Below are positions 51,107-63,791 of a stretch of DNA of 64,000 nt, in pieces; positions within the stretch are counted from its first letter, which is position 1, and the number at the start of each line of letters is the position of its first letter. Origin of the DNA: Cenococcum geophilum (lineage: Eukaryota); assembly GCA_050273025.1 (NCBI GenBank), contig CP158636.1, positions 1,178,001 to 1,242,000 of the forward strand. The letters run 5' to 3'. The translations under genes and the position numbers were made by a program. The notes under the pieces are model-generated. The model was not told the DNA's origin and made no database searches. It saw only the letters and a list, made by a program, of their open reading frames with translations.

Positions 51107-51851
51107 ATGTCCGTCTAATTAATTTAGTTAATATTGTTACTTATAATACCTAAAGCCTCTTCTTCTTTATAAGCGCAACGCTGTGCCCGCACTGTTACTG
51201 TAATATTATTACTTAGTGAAATAATGCCATCTCTATGTTCTCGTTGTGCGAAAGAGGGGTTAGCTTGCGTTGCGTTAGCGAGCCCTTTATCTTAATAACC
51301 CTCTTCCTATTTAGAGTGTACCAAAGTAAATATTTAGTTATCTTACGATGTTCGTTCTACTTCTAACGCTAAGTATACGCGTCCTATAACTCTTAATAAT
51401 CTCTAAGTTTCCTAAGTAATTTATTATAGGGTCTTGTGTTTAATTTGCTGCTATAAAGCTTAATAGTAAACTATCCGTCGCCTTAGCGGAACTTTATTAT
51501 TTGCGTGACGCTAAAAAGGAGGCTGCTGATGCTTAGTAACGGGCTCTTAATTCTTATCTTACTATATCCACTTAGTTAATTCGTCTTAAGAAGGTTTATA
51601 AGAAGGTTTATTTTAAAGAGTAGAAACTTATAGAATAAGGTCTGTAGGAACTTAGTAATAAAAGAACGGATTCTCTTCTAACAGAGAAGGAAACAACTTT
51701 AAGTAGTTTGGCAGTCGCTCTTTCTAAGTCCCCTTTAGGTAACTCATTCTTTAATAATCCTTCTTTATTAATATTGCCTAACCTTTTCTCTTCTAATACT
51801 CCTATACCTTTCCTATAGCGTTCTTTAGGTTCTCTAGTAGTTCCTAGGTAA
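51107..51851 (+). pseudogene. A5 antisense accessory ORF (best-preserved Cys cluster)
   Basis: EIMPSLCSRCAKEGLACVALASPLS**PSSYLECTKVNI*LSYDVRSTSNAK; first Cys codon at 51236. Confidence 0.7.
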
Positions 51852-54800
51852 TTTTATCGTAGCCTATCTACTTTACTTTGTACTATATTTTATTGTCTAT
51901 ATCCTTATAACTAACGATCTTTAAAACTTACTATTTATCTTCTCTTTATCCTTTATATGTATCTGCTTTATAAACCAGTGGCTTAATATTCCTATATACT
52001 AGCTCTAGCATTATAATATACTATATAGGGTAGATCTTTATCCTAGCTAGTAGGTTTAACTTAAATATAACTAGTAAAATTTTCTATATAATTTTAAAAG
52101 GTCCTAGTCTAACGTAGTCTAACTTCTTACTTAGTTATTAACTCTTAAAATTTTTGTATAGTAGCCACACTTTATCTCCCTCCTTAAGATCTAGTCCCTT
52201 AGATCTCTTAGCATTATAATACTTTTTCATCCTTTACTGTACTATCTTAGCTGTTTCCGTAAGGTCTATATAAAGATTTATTAAACTCTTTATTCTTTAT
52301 TTGGCTATATTACTTATCTTTTTTACTTATTATGGTAATAATAAGGTCCTTAGCTTATATCCGTAATTCGCCTTAAATAGTAATATGCCCATTTCTTTTT
52401 GTGGTATTATATTATATATAAACTGTATAACTGGTAATAGCGATACCTAATTATTTTATGCATAATTAATATAATGCCTTAAATACTGTTCTAGTATTTA
52501 ATTTAATCTTTCCGTTTAACCGTCTGTCTGTAGATAATATGCGGTAGAAGTTACTACTTAAACTCCTTGCTCTGCTAAGAACACTTTTTAAAATGCTACT
52601 ATAAATCTTAGATCTCTGTCTAATATAATCTTGCTTAGTGCTCTATGTCTTATAAATACTTCTTTAATATAGATTCTAGCAATATCTTCCGCTGATATTT
52701 CTTTTAAATATGCTATAAAGTATCCCCACTTCGTAAGCTTATCTACTATTACTAAGATTATATCGTAATTTTATTCGGTAATAGGATCTCTTAACTTTAG
52801 TAACTTAATAATAAAGTCCTATAATATGACTTTTTATAGTCTCTCTAGTATTTTAATAGGTTATAGCCCTCTATATAGCTTATACCTCGTCGGTTTATTC
52901 CTTTAGTAATTTAGATATTCTTTTATAACTTACCTAGCTAGTCCCTAGATTCTATTAATAATATACTTCTCTTAAAGTCTTAACACTAAGCCTATAGCTC
53001 CATTATGTCCTTAAGTTAGTCCTTTATAAAATAATTTAATAAACTCCTTTGCGATAGATCTTAGTACGTACGTCGCTTCTCGATTTTCGTACTACTCTAA
53101 GTCTAGATCTTCTATTTGTATGTCTAGGATCTTTTATATCTAATTACTCTCTAGTAATTCGTGGATCTTTCTTCCTATATTGCTGTGATTTTTGGATAAT
53201 TATACCTAATTAATCTATCTATATCTCTTCGCAATAAAGCCCCTAATGGCTTTTTATTATTTTATAGTTTAGCCTTTCTACTTAAAGCGTCTGCTCGTGC
53301 ATTCTCTATACCCTTGGTATACTAAATCTTAAAATAGTATTCTATAAGTATCTCTGCCCATCTAACCTGTCTATAATTAAGTTCTTTTGTTATTAGGAAC
53401 CCTATTAGGTTCTTATAATCCGTCTTAACTATAAATAGTTTCTCTGTGCCTTATAAGAATAATCTCTATTCCCTTAGTACTATAACTATACCTAACAACT
53501 CCTTATTATAAATGTTATAGTTTAGTTCCGGTAGTATTATCTTCCGACTATAATATGCCACTAGGTGCTATTTATCTTTATATTTCTATAGGAAGTACGC
53601 TCCTAGTGCATAGTCTAATGCATCCGTTTTAACTACTGTCTCTAACTATAGCTAATAGATTTTAAGAACTGGCTCCTAGGTAAATAACTGCTTAACTTTT
53701 TTAAACAGTTCCTTTTATTCCTCTCCCTATGCCTATAGTTCTTCTTTCTTTATTAATCTTGTAAATAGCTTAATGTCCTTTAACTATTAAGCTATAAACC
53801 TTCTACAGTAGTTGTAGAACCCTAAAAATAACCTTAACTGTGTTATATTTTCTGGTTCTTACTAATTTACTATAGCCTCGATCTTCTTTAGATCTATACT
53901 AAGTTAGCCTAGTTTAATAATAAATTTAACAAAATCTGTCTTTCTGGTAAAGAACTTGTATTTCTTAATTGCTACTAGCATCTGTTCTTCTTATAGTCTC
54001 TTTAAGACCTATTTAACGTGTTCTCTATGTTTTTCCTTACTTATTAAGTAGATAATAATATTATTAAGATATACCATAACAAATTTATCTAAGTGTTCTC
54101 TTAATACATTGTTAATACGCTTCTAAAATGTTACTAGTGCGTTTATAAGCCTAAATTATATAACTAGTAGTTTATATAGTCCTTCCTTTAACCTAAAGGC
54201 TGCCTTTTATTTATTGCCTTCCTTAATTCTAATCTAATAGTACGCCTATCTTAGATCTATCTTTGTAAAGATTTGCGCATTACCGATCCTATCTTAGATT
54301 TCGCTAATTAAGGATAAAGGATACCTATCCTTCTTAGTGATGCTGTTTAACTGTTTATAGTTAATATATAGTCTAAGTTTTCTATTCTTCTTTAGTACGA
54401 ATAGTACTGGATATTCTACTAATAATTGCGATAGTCTAATATATCCTTTTTAAAGATTTTTCTAGATAAACTCCTTAAGTGCTTATAACTCTTTTTCTGT
54501 TAACTTATAAGTTGGGTAGAACCTTAAACTTATTCCTAGTTCTAGCTCTATCTTATAGTCCTATACTATATAATCTAATAGCTTTTTACTTTCTGGTAAC
54601 TATAGCTTCTTACCGTACTTATAGTATTTCTTTAGTATATAGCTTAATCCTTAATTAGTTTCCTTATATATTGCTCCGACTTAATACTATACTAACTTGG
54701 TTTGTTATTATATCTTACGTCGTTATATATTTTTAATATTAACCTAACCTATAACCTAATCGATCTTTAGATTATATTCCTATAACTAAGGTATTCCTAA

Positions 54801-57800
54801 TACTGCCTTATTATTTCCTAATAGTAATATATTGAAAGATATCTCAATTTATCTCCCTTTAATGGTTATCTAAATTGGTCCTATTTTGAGATTAATAATA
54901 CCTTCTCCGTAGGCTATTAGATCTCCTAAAATTGTTACTAGTAGATAAAGGTGCTCTTTTTATCTATATAGTAGCCCCATCCTTTTAACTGCTATTAGTA
55001 AGATATAGTTTTATATTACTCCACTATCTACTAACGCTTTAAACTGTTAATCTTGCTATTTAACTTTTAGGTTTAGGTGTTGTCCTTAAATTCCTTTAAG
55101 GGTCTAAGGTTCTACTACTAGCTCCCTCTAGTCCTATAGGCCTCTACTTTTCCTAACTATTAGCTACTTAATCTTATTATATTTAGCTTACTCTTTAGCT
55201 AATGCCTAGTTCGCTTTTTATCTTTAATATATTATAGATAGGTATTCTCTAGATATTCCCACTATTATCGTCTATCTAAGTATTCTTCCGTAAGGAATCT
55301 TCCTAGTTAAAGTATTAAATCTCCTTCCTTTTAGACTTCTGCTAGATGCCAGCCATATATATACTTAGTATTCCTGTACTATTATTTATCTATTATCTAG
55401 TATATCCTTATAGAGTATTTCCGATTCTTTTCCTTTAGATTCTTATGTATTTTATATATATTATCTACGCATATAATCCATAATAGCGTGTAGTATGCTA
55501 GGTGCTTTAGGTTAACTCTTAGCTCGTCTTTATCCTTAAGTTTAAACCTTTATCGCACTAATCTAAACGTTATAACTTTATTTGTAGGTACTAAGACGCG
55601 CTTCTCGCTTCTCCAGTCCTCTAATTATTCCTCTAAATCCTTTAATATTATAATTAAGGCTCCCTTAATATAATTTATCGCTTTTTCCATAATTAGGTAG
55701 TCTTGGATAACTTTTTCGTCTAACTATATATAGAAATCTTCCTATTTATCATTATGTTGTTACCTATACCACTTTTAGTACAGCTACTGGAGTGTATACG
55801 GTCTATCCGTAAAGAAGTATCTTCTTATTACTATGTTATAACAGCCCTTTATATATCGTTCTTTAAACCTAATAGAAATCCCTAGATCCTCTTTATTTTT
55901 TAGTTTAGTAAGCTACTTAGCTCTTAATATGCCTGTCTTAGGTCTATTAGTAATTCTTTATATAGGTGCTCTGTCCCTTATACAACCTAGTATACTAGAT
56001 CTCATATCTAGTTTCTTTTCTTACTATATAATAATTCTTGCTCTAAACTCGTCTATGGTTTCTTTTAGTTTGTGTCTTATAGTTAGATCCTTAAAGCTAT
56101 CTTACTTCTTAATTGCTGTATCGACTTTTTAATCTTTAGGTTAAATACTGCGTTCCCCTAGTAAGTCTTCTAGGTCTATATATCTGTCTCCTAACCTAAC
56201 TACTATTTATATTACAGATTCTCTAATCTATAAAGAAGCTCCTTACCTCTTGCTTATAGGTGTTCTAATTCGTTCTCCGAATTCTTAATCCCTTAGATTC
56301 TTTAATCCTAAGCTTGCTTCTAACTTAAGCTTAACTCCAGCCTTAGTCTAACTAAGCTTTACTAGTGTCCTTATCTTGTCTTAAGAGTCCTAGATCTTAC
56401 TCATCTTGTCTTAAGAGTCTTATACCTTTAGGAAACTTCGTCCTAAGCTTATTCATATATTGCTGAACTAAGCTATTACTCTATCCTATTAGTTTTCGTC
56501 CGTTATAGGTCCTTAAGCGTGCCTTTATCGGGAAAATATTCGCAGGATAAGATTTAAGTAGACTTTGGTTTTCGCGTTTCGCGTAATTAACATGTAATTT
56601 GACTAACTTAACACGCAATTGACTAACTTAACATGTAGTTAACCTACTTGACATACAATTTAACCAACTTAACACGCAGTTAACCTACTTAATATGCAAT
56701 TTAATTAACTTAACACGTAGTTAACCTACTTAATATACAATTTAACTAACTTAACACGCAGTTGACCTACTTAATATGCAATTTAACTAACTTAACACGC
56801 AGTTAACCTACTTAACATACAATTTAACTAACTCGATATATAGTTAACCTACTTAATAACTTTAAAAGCTAACTGCATATTCTTTAACACGCAGTTAACC
56901 TACTTAACAACTTTAAAAGCTAACTATATATTTCTTAACGTGCGATTAAGGTAAAGTTATATACTATATATTTAACTATTATATATAATCTTATATAATC
57001 TTATACAATCTCATACAATCTTATAGTCTTATTACTTAGAGGCTCTGTACGAGGCTCTATACGAAGCTCTACGTACAGAGGCTCTGCACGAAGCTCTGCG
57101 CATAGAGGCTCTACACGAAGCTCTACACGAAGCTCTGCGTACAGAGGCTCTGCACGAAGCTCTGCGCATAGAGGCTCTACACGAAGCTCTACACGAAGCT
57201 CTGCGTACAGAGGCTCTGCACGAAGCTCTGCGCATAGAGGCTCTGCACAAAGCTCTGCACGAAGCTTCGCATAAGGCTCTACACGAGGCTCTACACGAAG
57301 CTCTGCGTACAGAGGCTCTGCACGAAGCTCTGCACGAAGCTCTGCACGAGGCTCTGCGCGAAGCTCTGCACGAAGCTCTGCACGAGGCTCTGCGCGAGGG
57401 TCTGCGCGAGGGTCTGCGCGAAGCTCTGCGTACAGAGGCTCTGCACGAGGCTCTGCGAGAAGCTCTGCGTACAGAGGCTCTGCACGAGGCTCTGCGAGAA
57501 GCTCTGCGTACAGAGGCTCTGCACGAGGCTCTGCGCGAAGCTCTGCGTACAGAGGCTCTACACGAAGCTCTGCATCGGGTCCCCGCTATATTCCCGATAG
57601 CCTCTACACGTGCCTCTACCCTATATAGCCACCTTATTTTTTACCCTTCCTTCCTTCTTTATATCCTCCCTACCTAGGGAGGCACCAGAACGGCAGCCAG
57701 CAGAGGACCGTTGCTAGAACTAGACGACCGTCGCCAGAACCAGATGACCGTTACCAGAACCAGACGACCATCGCCAGCCAGACGACCGTCGCCAGAACCA

Positions 57801-60470
57801 GACGACCGTTGCCAGAGCCAGACGATCGTCGCCAGAACCAGACGACCGTCGCCAGAACCAGACGACTGTCGCCAGAACCAGACGACCGTCGCCAGCCAGA
57901 CGACCGTTACCAGAACCAGACGACCGTCGCCAGAACCAGACGACCGTTACCAGAACTAGACGACCGTTGCCAGAGCCAGACGACCGTCGCCAGAACCAGA
58001 CGACCGTCGCCAGAACCAGACAACCGTCGCCAGAGCCAGACGACAACGACTAGCCAGCCAACACTATAAACGATTCGATCGATCGATCGAATTAAGGTAG
58101 CATAGACAGGTAGGCACAAACAGGTAGATGCTGACGGGTAGGTAGATGTAAATAGGTAGGTAAATGCAGATAGGTAAGCAGATATAAATAGGCAGGCAGA
58201 TGCAAATAGGTAAGTAGATGCAGATAGGCAAGCAGATATAAATAGGTAGGTAGATGCTAACGGGTAGGCAGATATAGATAGGTAGGCAGATGTAGACAAG
58301 TAGATGTAAATAGGTAGGTAGATATAGATAGGTAAGCAAATATAGATAGGTAGGTAAATGCTAACAGGTAGGTAAATATAGATAGGTAGGCAAATGCAGA
58401 TAGGTAGATGTAGATAGGTAGGCGATGTAAATAGGTAGGCGATGCAGGCAGGTAGGTAAATTAATAGGTAGATAGGTAGAAGAGAACCATCGCTATATTA
58501 TATTAAATTATCTAAAATAATAATATTTATTTTGCTAGCCTTATAAATAGCTTTAAAATAGCTTTTATTTATTTAAAATATATTATTAGTATAAAAGAGG
58601 TAAATATAATTATAGTTGCCAAATGCGCAGATTACTAGTAGGTTGCGCGTAGGTTGCGCGCAGGTTATGCGCAGGTTGCGCACAGGCTGCGTGTTAAAAA
58701 AACACGATATAGGCTAGTCGGTCAAGTTGCCAAATGCCCTCAACTACGCGCCAATTGCGTTAACCACCAACCATTGAGGCCATTTAAAGGGTACCATATT
58801 TTGCCGATGTTATCTTATCTTAAGAATCTTAGTCGTCTCTTATCTTATTTTAAGAATCTTAAGCCTTTGGCCTTTTACCTTTATTAAGTGGTAAGCTAGC
58901 ACTAGCAGTTATCTGCTTACTTAATTGTCTCTAAATATTACTCCTTCTATCTTATAAAGTAATAGATGCCGTATCTAATAGTATTATAATACCCGTTACT
59001 AAACCTTACTCTATAGCGGTCTCAGTCTTTACTTCTATTATATTATTAAGGTTTAGATACCCCTAGTTAGTTCCTTTACTGTCCTCATCGCTATTAATTA
59101 ATAAATACTTTAACTCTATTATTATTATTACTAATTATTATCCGCACGTTGCTATAATATCTTAATCTAGCTTATAGAGTTAATCTTATTCTTTATCTAA
59201 CTCTTTAGTTCCTTTAAGTCCTCTTAACTCTAGCTCTTATAGCCAATAGCTTACACCATACTTAGCATCTTTATAAATTTAGTATGCGTTATTATAACAA
59301 AATATAAAACTTCTAATTAAACATTCTTTTATTCCTTATAGTGCACTATTATCCCTTTATATATATGTGTTATATACTATTAGTCTAGTTCCCTTTACTA
59401 CGTAATAACTTTAACTACTTCTACAGTCTCTGGCGAAATAACCCTATTTTCCGCAATTTATATAAGCTCCTTCTTTAAACTATTACTTTTATTATAGAGT
59501 CCGCTTAAACATCTTCTATTGCTAAGATCCTTAGTTTAGCCTATACTCCTTAGTCCTATAATTACTTAATCCTTAACCTCTAGGTTTCTATAGTTTCTTA
59601 CTCCATCTCTTATAGGTTTCTTTAGTACTACTTAGGTCTATTAGCTCTGCGCCATACTATAGTTTCTAACTTAGCTTTAGTTATTACGTGCTTTACGTCT
59701 TATATAACTATAAAACTCTATTCTAGCCTCTCTTAGCCTATTCCCTTTAGAAGATCCTATTGTCGATCTTAATCGCTTAATCTATTAATTCCCTTAGGGT
59801 GTCCGTATCTTCTATTAGAATAATTACGTCCTAGACTTTAGCCTTAAGTCCCTATTTATACTATGCTATAAGCGCCCTATTATTCTACTTAACTTATATT
59901 ACTAGCGTTTAGAACTACATTATATATTTAATTACTAAGGTTTATTGCGTAATGTCTTAAAGTTTCCTTTTTACTATAGTTGTTGCCTCCAGATCTCTAA
60001 ACATTTATATAAGTCGCTCCGCGAATCCATTTTAGCTTAAGAATATAAACTATACCTCTTAGTTCGTTATTATTATTCCATTTACTTATATCTCTATAAG
60101 GTAAGGCTTAAACTATTTAAGTGCTCTTCCTAATAAGAATAACCCTGCATACGCTACTTAATCTATAATTATTGCTAGCTTTGCTCCTTTCTATATTACC
60201 TTTAAAGTATATTTACATAAGGAATCCTTTAAGCTTTAATCTTTCTCCTAAAAATCCCTTAATTAATAGTAACTTAACCTTTGCTATACCTATTCTATTA
60301 ATCCTATTTTTAAGTACCGCGTTATCTCCCGTTAACTGGTTAACTATTACTTATAATTATCCTAATGTTATAGGTTATTACGAGTTAGTGTCCGCTATAC
60401 TAGTATTACCTTCTAACCTTAAAGTAGTTGCCGCCGTTAATAGCGTCGTGGTGGCTGCTTTTAGTGGCAT
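51751..60470 (-). pseudogene. gag-pol: A5 gag-pol (interrupted by T3)
   Basis: ATG (CAT 60468-60470); colinear with A1-A3. Confidence 0.9.
56526..58809. mobile_element. TIR element T3 (2284 bp): different ends from T1/T2 but the same internal satellite cassette
   Basis: 14-bp TIRs TATCGGGAAAATAT and ATATTTTGCCGATG, with TT duplicated (56524-56525 and 58810-58811). Removing it restores the host ..GCCTTATCTTATCTTAAG. Arrays: AACACGCAGTTAACCTACTT (~56590-56940), 12-mer (~57038-57573), 20-mer (~57705-58050), GTAG-type (~58103-58478). Confidence 0.85.
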
Positions 60471-63400
60471 ATTATTCGACTTATTAAAACCGTAACTATA
60501 GTAGTGATTGTGTAATAGAGCCTTATAGTAGGAACTACGGTAGACTTATTAATAGGCTAGGTATATAGGTATTGTAAGTAAGTTAATAACGTAATAATAA
60601 CTGGTGGAGTGGTTGCCTAATAGATTAACTTTAATTATATTCTGAGAATTACTATAAGGAAGGAACTATCTAGGTAGGGACTAAGGGTCCTTAAATATAT
60701 AACTATACTCCTATAAAATCCTTCTTATACGTAATATACGTGTTATACGTGTTATACGTGTTATACGTGTCGTATACTGCGTATACCGCGTATACTGCGT
60801 ATAACATCATGTGACCTCGGTTACTATTCCTCGTCATATAGTTCTACGGGTTCCATCCTGGACCGTGCCTGTATTAACTAACTAGCTTCTTCCAACTCCT
60901 CTCCAAGTAGTCGTAACATTATACTTAAAGCGTTTGTAACAAATATACTATAAATATATATTCTTTAGGCATTCCTACTACTATTATCTATCTAAGTATT
61001 CTTCTATAAGGAATCTTTTTAGTTAAAGTATTAGGTTTCCTAACTCTTAAACTTCTACTAGATGCTATCTATATATATACTTAACATTCCTATACTATTG
61101 CTTATCTAGCGCCTAATATGTTCTTATAGGGTACTTCTAGTTCTTTTCCTTTAGATTCTTATATATATTATATATATTATCTATATATACAATCTATAAT
61201 AGTATATAATATACTAGGTGTTTTAGGTTAACTTTAAACTTATCTTTATTTTTAAGTTTAAACCTATATTATATTAATCTAAACGTTACTATTTTATTTG
61301 CTAGTACTAAGATGCGTTATTTACTTCTCTAGTCCTTAAATTGTTCCTCTAGATCCTTTAATATTATAATTAAGGCTCCTTTAATATAACTTATAGCCTT
61401 TTCCATAATAGGGTAGTTCTAAATAACTCGCTTATCTAACTATATATAGAAATCTTCCCACTTATTATTATGTCGCTGCCTATACTACTTTTAGTATAGC
61501 TACTAGAGTATATACGGCTTGTCTATAAGGAAGTATCTTCTTATTACTATATTGTAATAACCCTTTATATACTATTCTTTAAACCTAATAGGGATCCCTA
61601 AATCCTCCTCTTATTCTAGTTTAGTAAGCTATTTTACTCTTAGCGTACCTGCCTTAGGTCTATTAATTGTTCTTTATATAGGTACTCTATCCCTAGTACG
61701 GCCTAGTATACTAGATCTCTAGTCTAATTTCTATTCTTACTATATAAGAATTCTCTGTCTAAACTCCTCTATAGTTTCTTTATTTGCTTATCTTGTAAGT
61801 AAATCCTTAAAGTCCTCTTACTTCTTAATTATAGCTTTAATTCTTTAATTCTGCTGCTAAGCCTTACTTATAATTTCCTTAATAGTTCTTATTCTATTAC
61901 TAAAATCTTAGTCCTATAGGATTCTTAGTCCTAAGCTTACTTCTTTCTTAAGCCTAGTTCTAGCCTTAGTCTAACTAGGCTTTTACGGTATTCTTATCTT
62001 ATCCTAAGAATCTTAAATCTTACTTATTTCGTCTTAAGAATCTTATACCTTTAAGAAACTTCGTCTTGAGCTTATTTGTATATTACTAAACTAAGCCATT
62101 ACTCTACTCTATCGGTTGTTGTTTATTATAGGTCCTTAAGCTTATTTTATCCCGTTTTAGGAATCTTAAACGTCTCTTATCTTATCTTAAGAATCTTAAG
62201 CCTATAGCCTTTTACCTTTATTAAGTAATGAGCTAGCACTAGCTGTTGTTCACTTACTTAATCCTTCCTATTAGATGTTTCTCCTTTTGTCTTATAAAGC
62301 GATAGATGCCGTATCTAATAGTGTTATAATTTCCATTACTAATCCTTACTTTATAGCGGTTTTAATCTCTACTTTTAATATAATTATTCCGAGGTTTATA
62401 CGCTCCTAGTAAGCTACCTTTATTACCTCGTTATTAGTAAATATTTCGCCTATATTAAATTTATCGTCCTTAATATCCGATTTGCGTAATAGTTCGTTAA
62501 TTTCTCTAAACTCTACTAATTCTAGCTCTTATAGCTAATAGCTTGCGCCATACTTAGCGTCCTTATTAATTTAGTATGCATTATTATAATAAAACGCGAA
62601 ACTCTTAATTAAATATTCCTTTATTCCTCGTAGTATACTATTGTTTTTCTATACGTATATATCGTCTACTAGTCTCGTTTCTTTACTATATAGTAATTTT
62701 AACCACTTTTATAGTCTCTAATATAATAACCTTGTTTTCTGTAATTTATATAAGCCCCTTTTTTAAACTATTTTTCTTACTATGGAGTCCGCCTAAACGT
62801 CTTTTACTGCTAAGATTTCTGGTTTAGCCTCTACTCCTTAGTCCTATAATTACTTAATTCTTAACCTCTAGGTTTTTATAGTTTCTTATTTTACTTTCTA
62901 AATTCTTTAGTACCGCTTAGGTCTATTAGTTCTGTACTATACTATAGTTTCTAACTTTAACTTTATTATTGCGTATTCTACGCCTTATATAACTATAGAA
63001 CTCTATTCTAACCCTTCTTAGTCTATTCCCTCTAGTAGATCCTATTATTAATCTTAATCGCTTAATCTATTAGTTCCCTAAGGGTATCCGCATCTTCTAT
63101 TAGGATAATTACGTCCTAAACTTTTACTTTAAGTCCCTATTTATACTATACTATAAGCGCTTTATTATTCTATTTAACCTATATAGCTAATATTTAAAAC
63201 TACGTTATATACTTAATTACTAAGGTTTATTATACTAGGTTTTAAAGCTTTTGTTTTACTATAGTGGTTACTTTTAGATCTCTAAATATTTATATTAACT
63301 GTTTTATAAACCCGTTCTAGCTAGTAAATATATATTATACTTCCTAATTAGTAATTACTATGCTATATTCCTATATCTCCGTAAGATAGGGTTTATACCA

Positions 63401-63791
63401 CTTAAGTGCCCTCCATATTAGGAAGAGTCCTATATAGGCTACTTAGTCTATAGATGTTGCTAGCTTCGCTCCCTTTTATATAACCTTAAAGTGTATCTAC
63501 ATAAGGAATCCTTTAAGTTTTAACTTCTCCCCTAAGAATTACTTAATTAATAGTAGCTTAACCTTAGCTGCTCTAATCCCGTTAATTTTTTCTTTGAGTA
63601 TCCTATTGTTATCTGTTAATTAATTAACTATTTTCTATAGCTATCTAACGGTAACTAGTTAAGAGTTAGTGTCTATTATATTAGTGTTATTACCTAATCC
63701 TAAAGTAGTTACTACCATTAACGGCGGTATAGTTACTGCTTTTAGCAGTATATTATTTAACTTATTAATACCGTAACTTTAGTAGTAAATA

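Larger units (their letters stand above)
50616..60941 (-). mobile_element. Chromovirus family A, copy A5, full length, nested in the A4 gag
   Basis: LTRs 50616-51037 and 60511-60941. TSD AATAT at 50611-50615 and 60942-60946. Confidence 0.96.
45090..63751 (-). pseudogene. gag-pol: A4 gag-pol (interrupted by 46279-46452, 48706-50564 and 50616-60941)
   Basis: Colinear with the other A copies across each insertion junction. Confidence 0.88.

Noticed and set aside
49942..58339. ORFs at 49942-50535, 50013-50300 and 57032-58339
   Set aside because: They are the same satellite arrays, here in T2 and T3.
15961..60495. Short plus-strand hydrophobic ORFs (15961, 31090, 34248, 55929, 60172; also 11096)
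   Set aside because: They are antisense shadows of gag-pol. Their Leu/Ile/Tyr bias comes from RIP and they show no independent motif.
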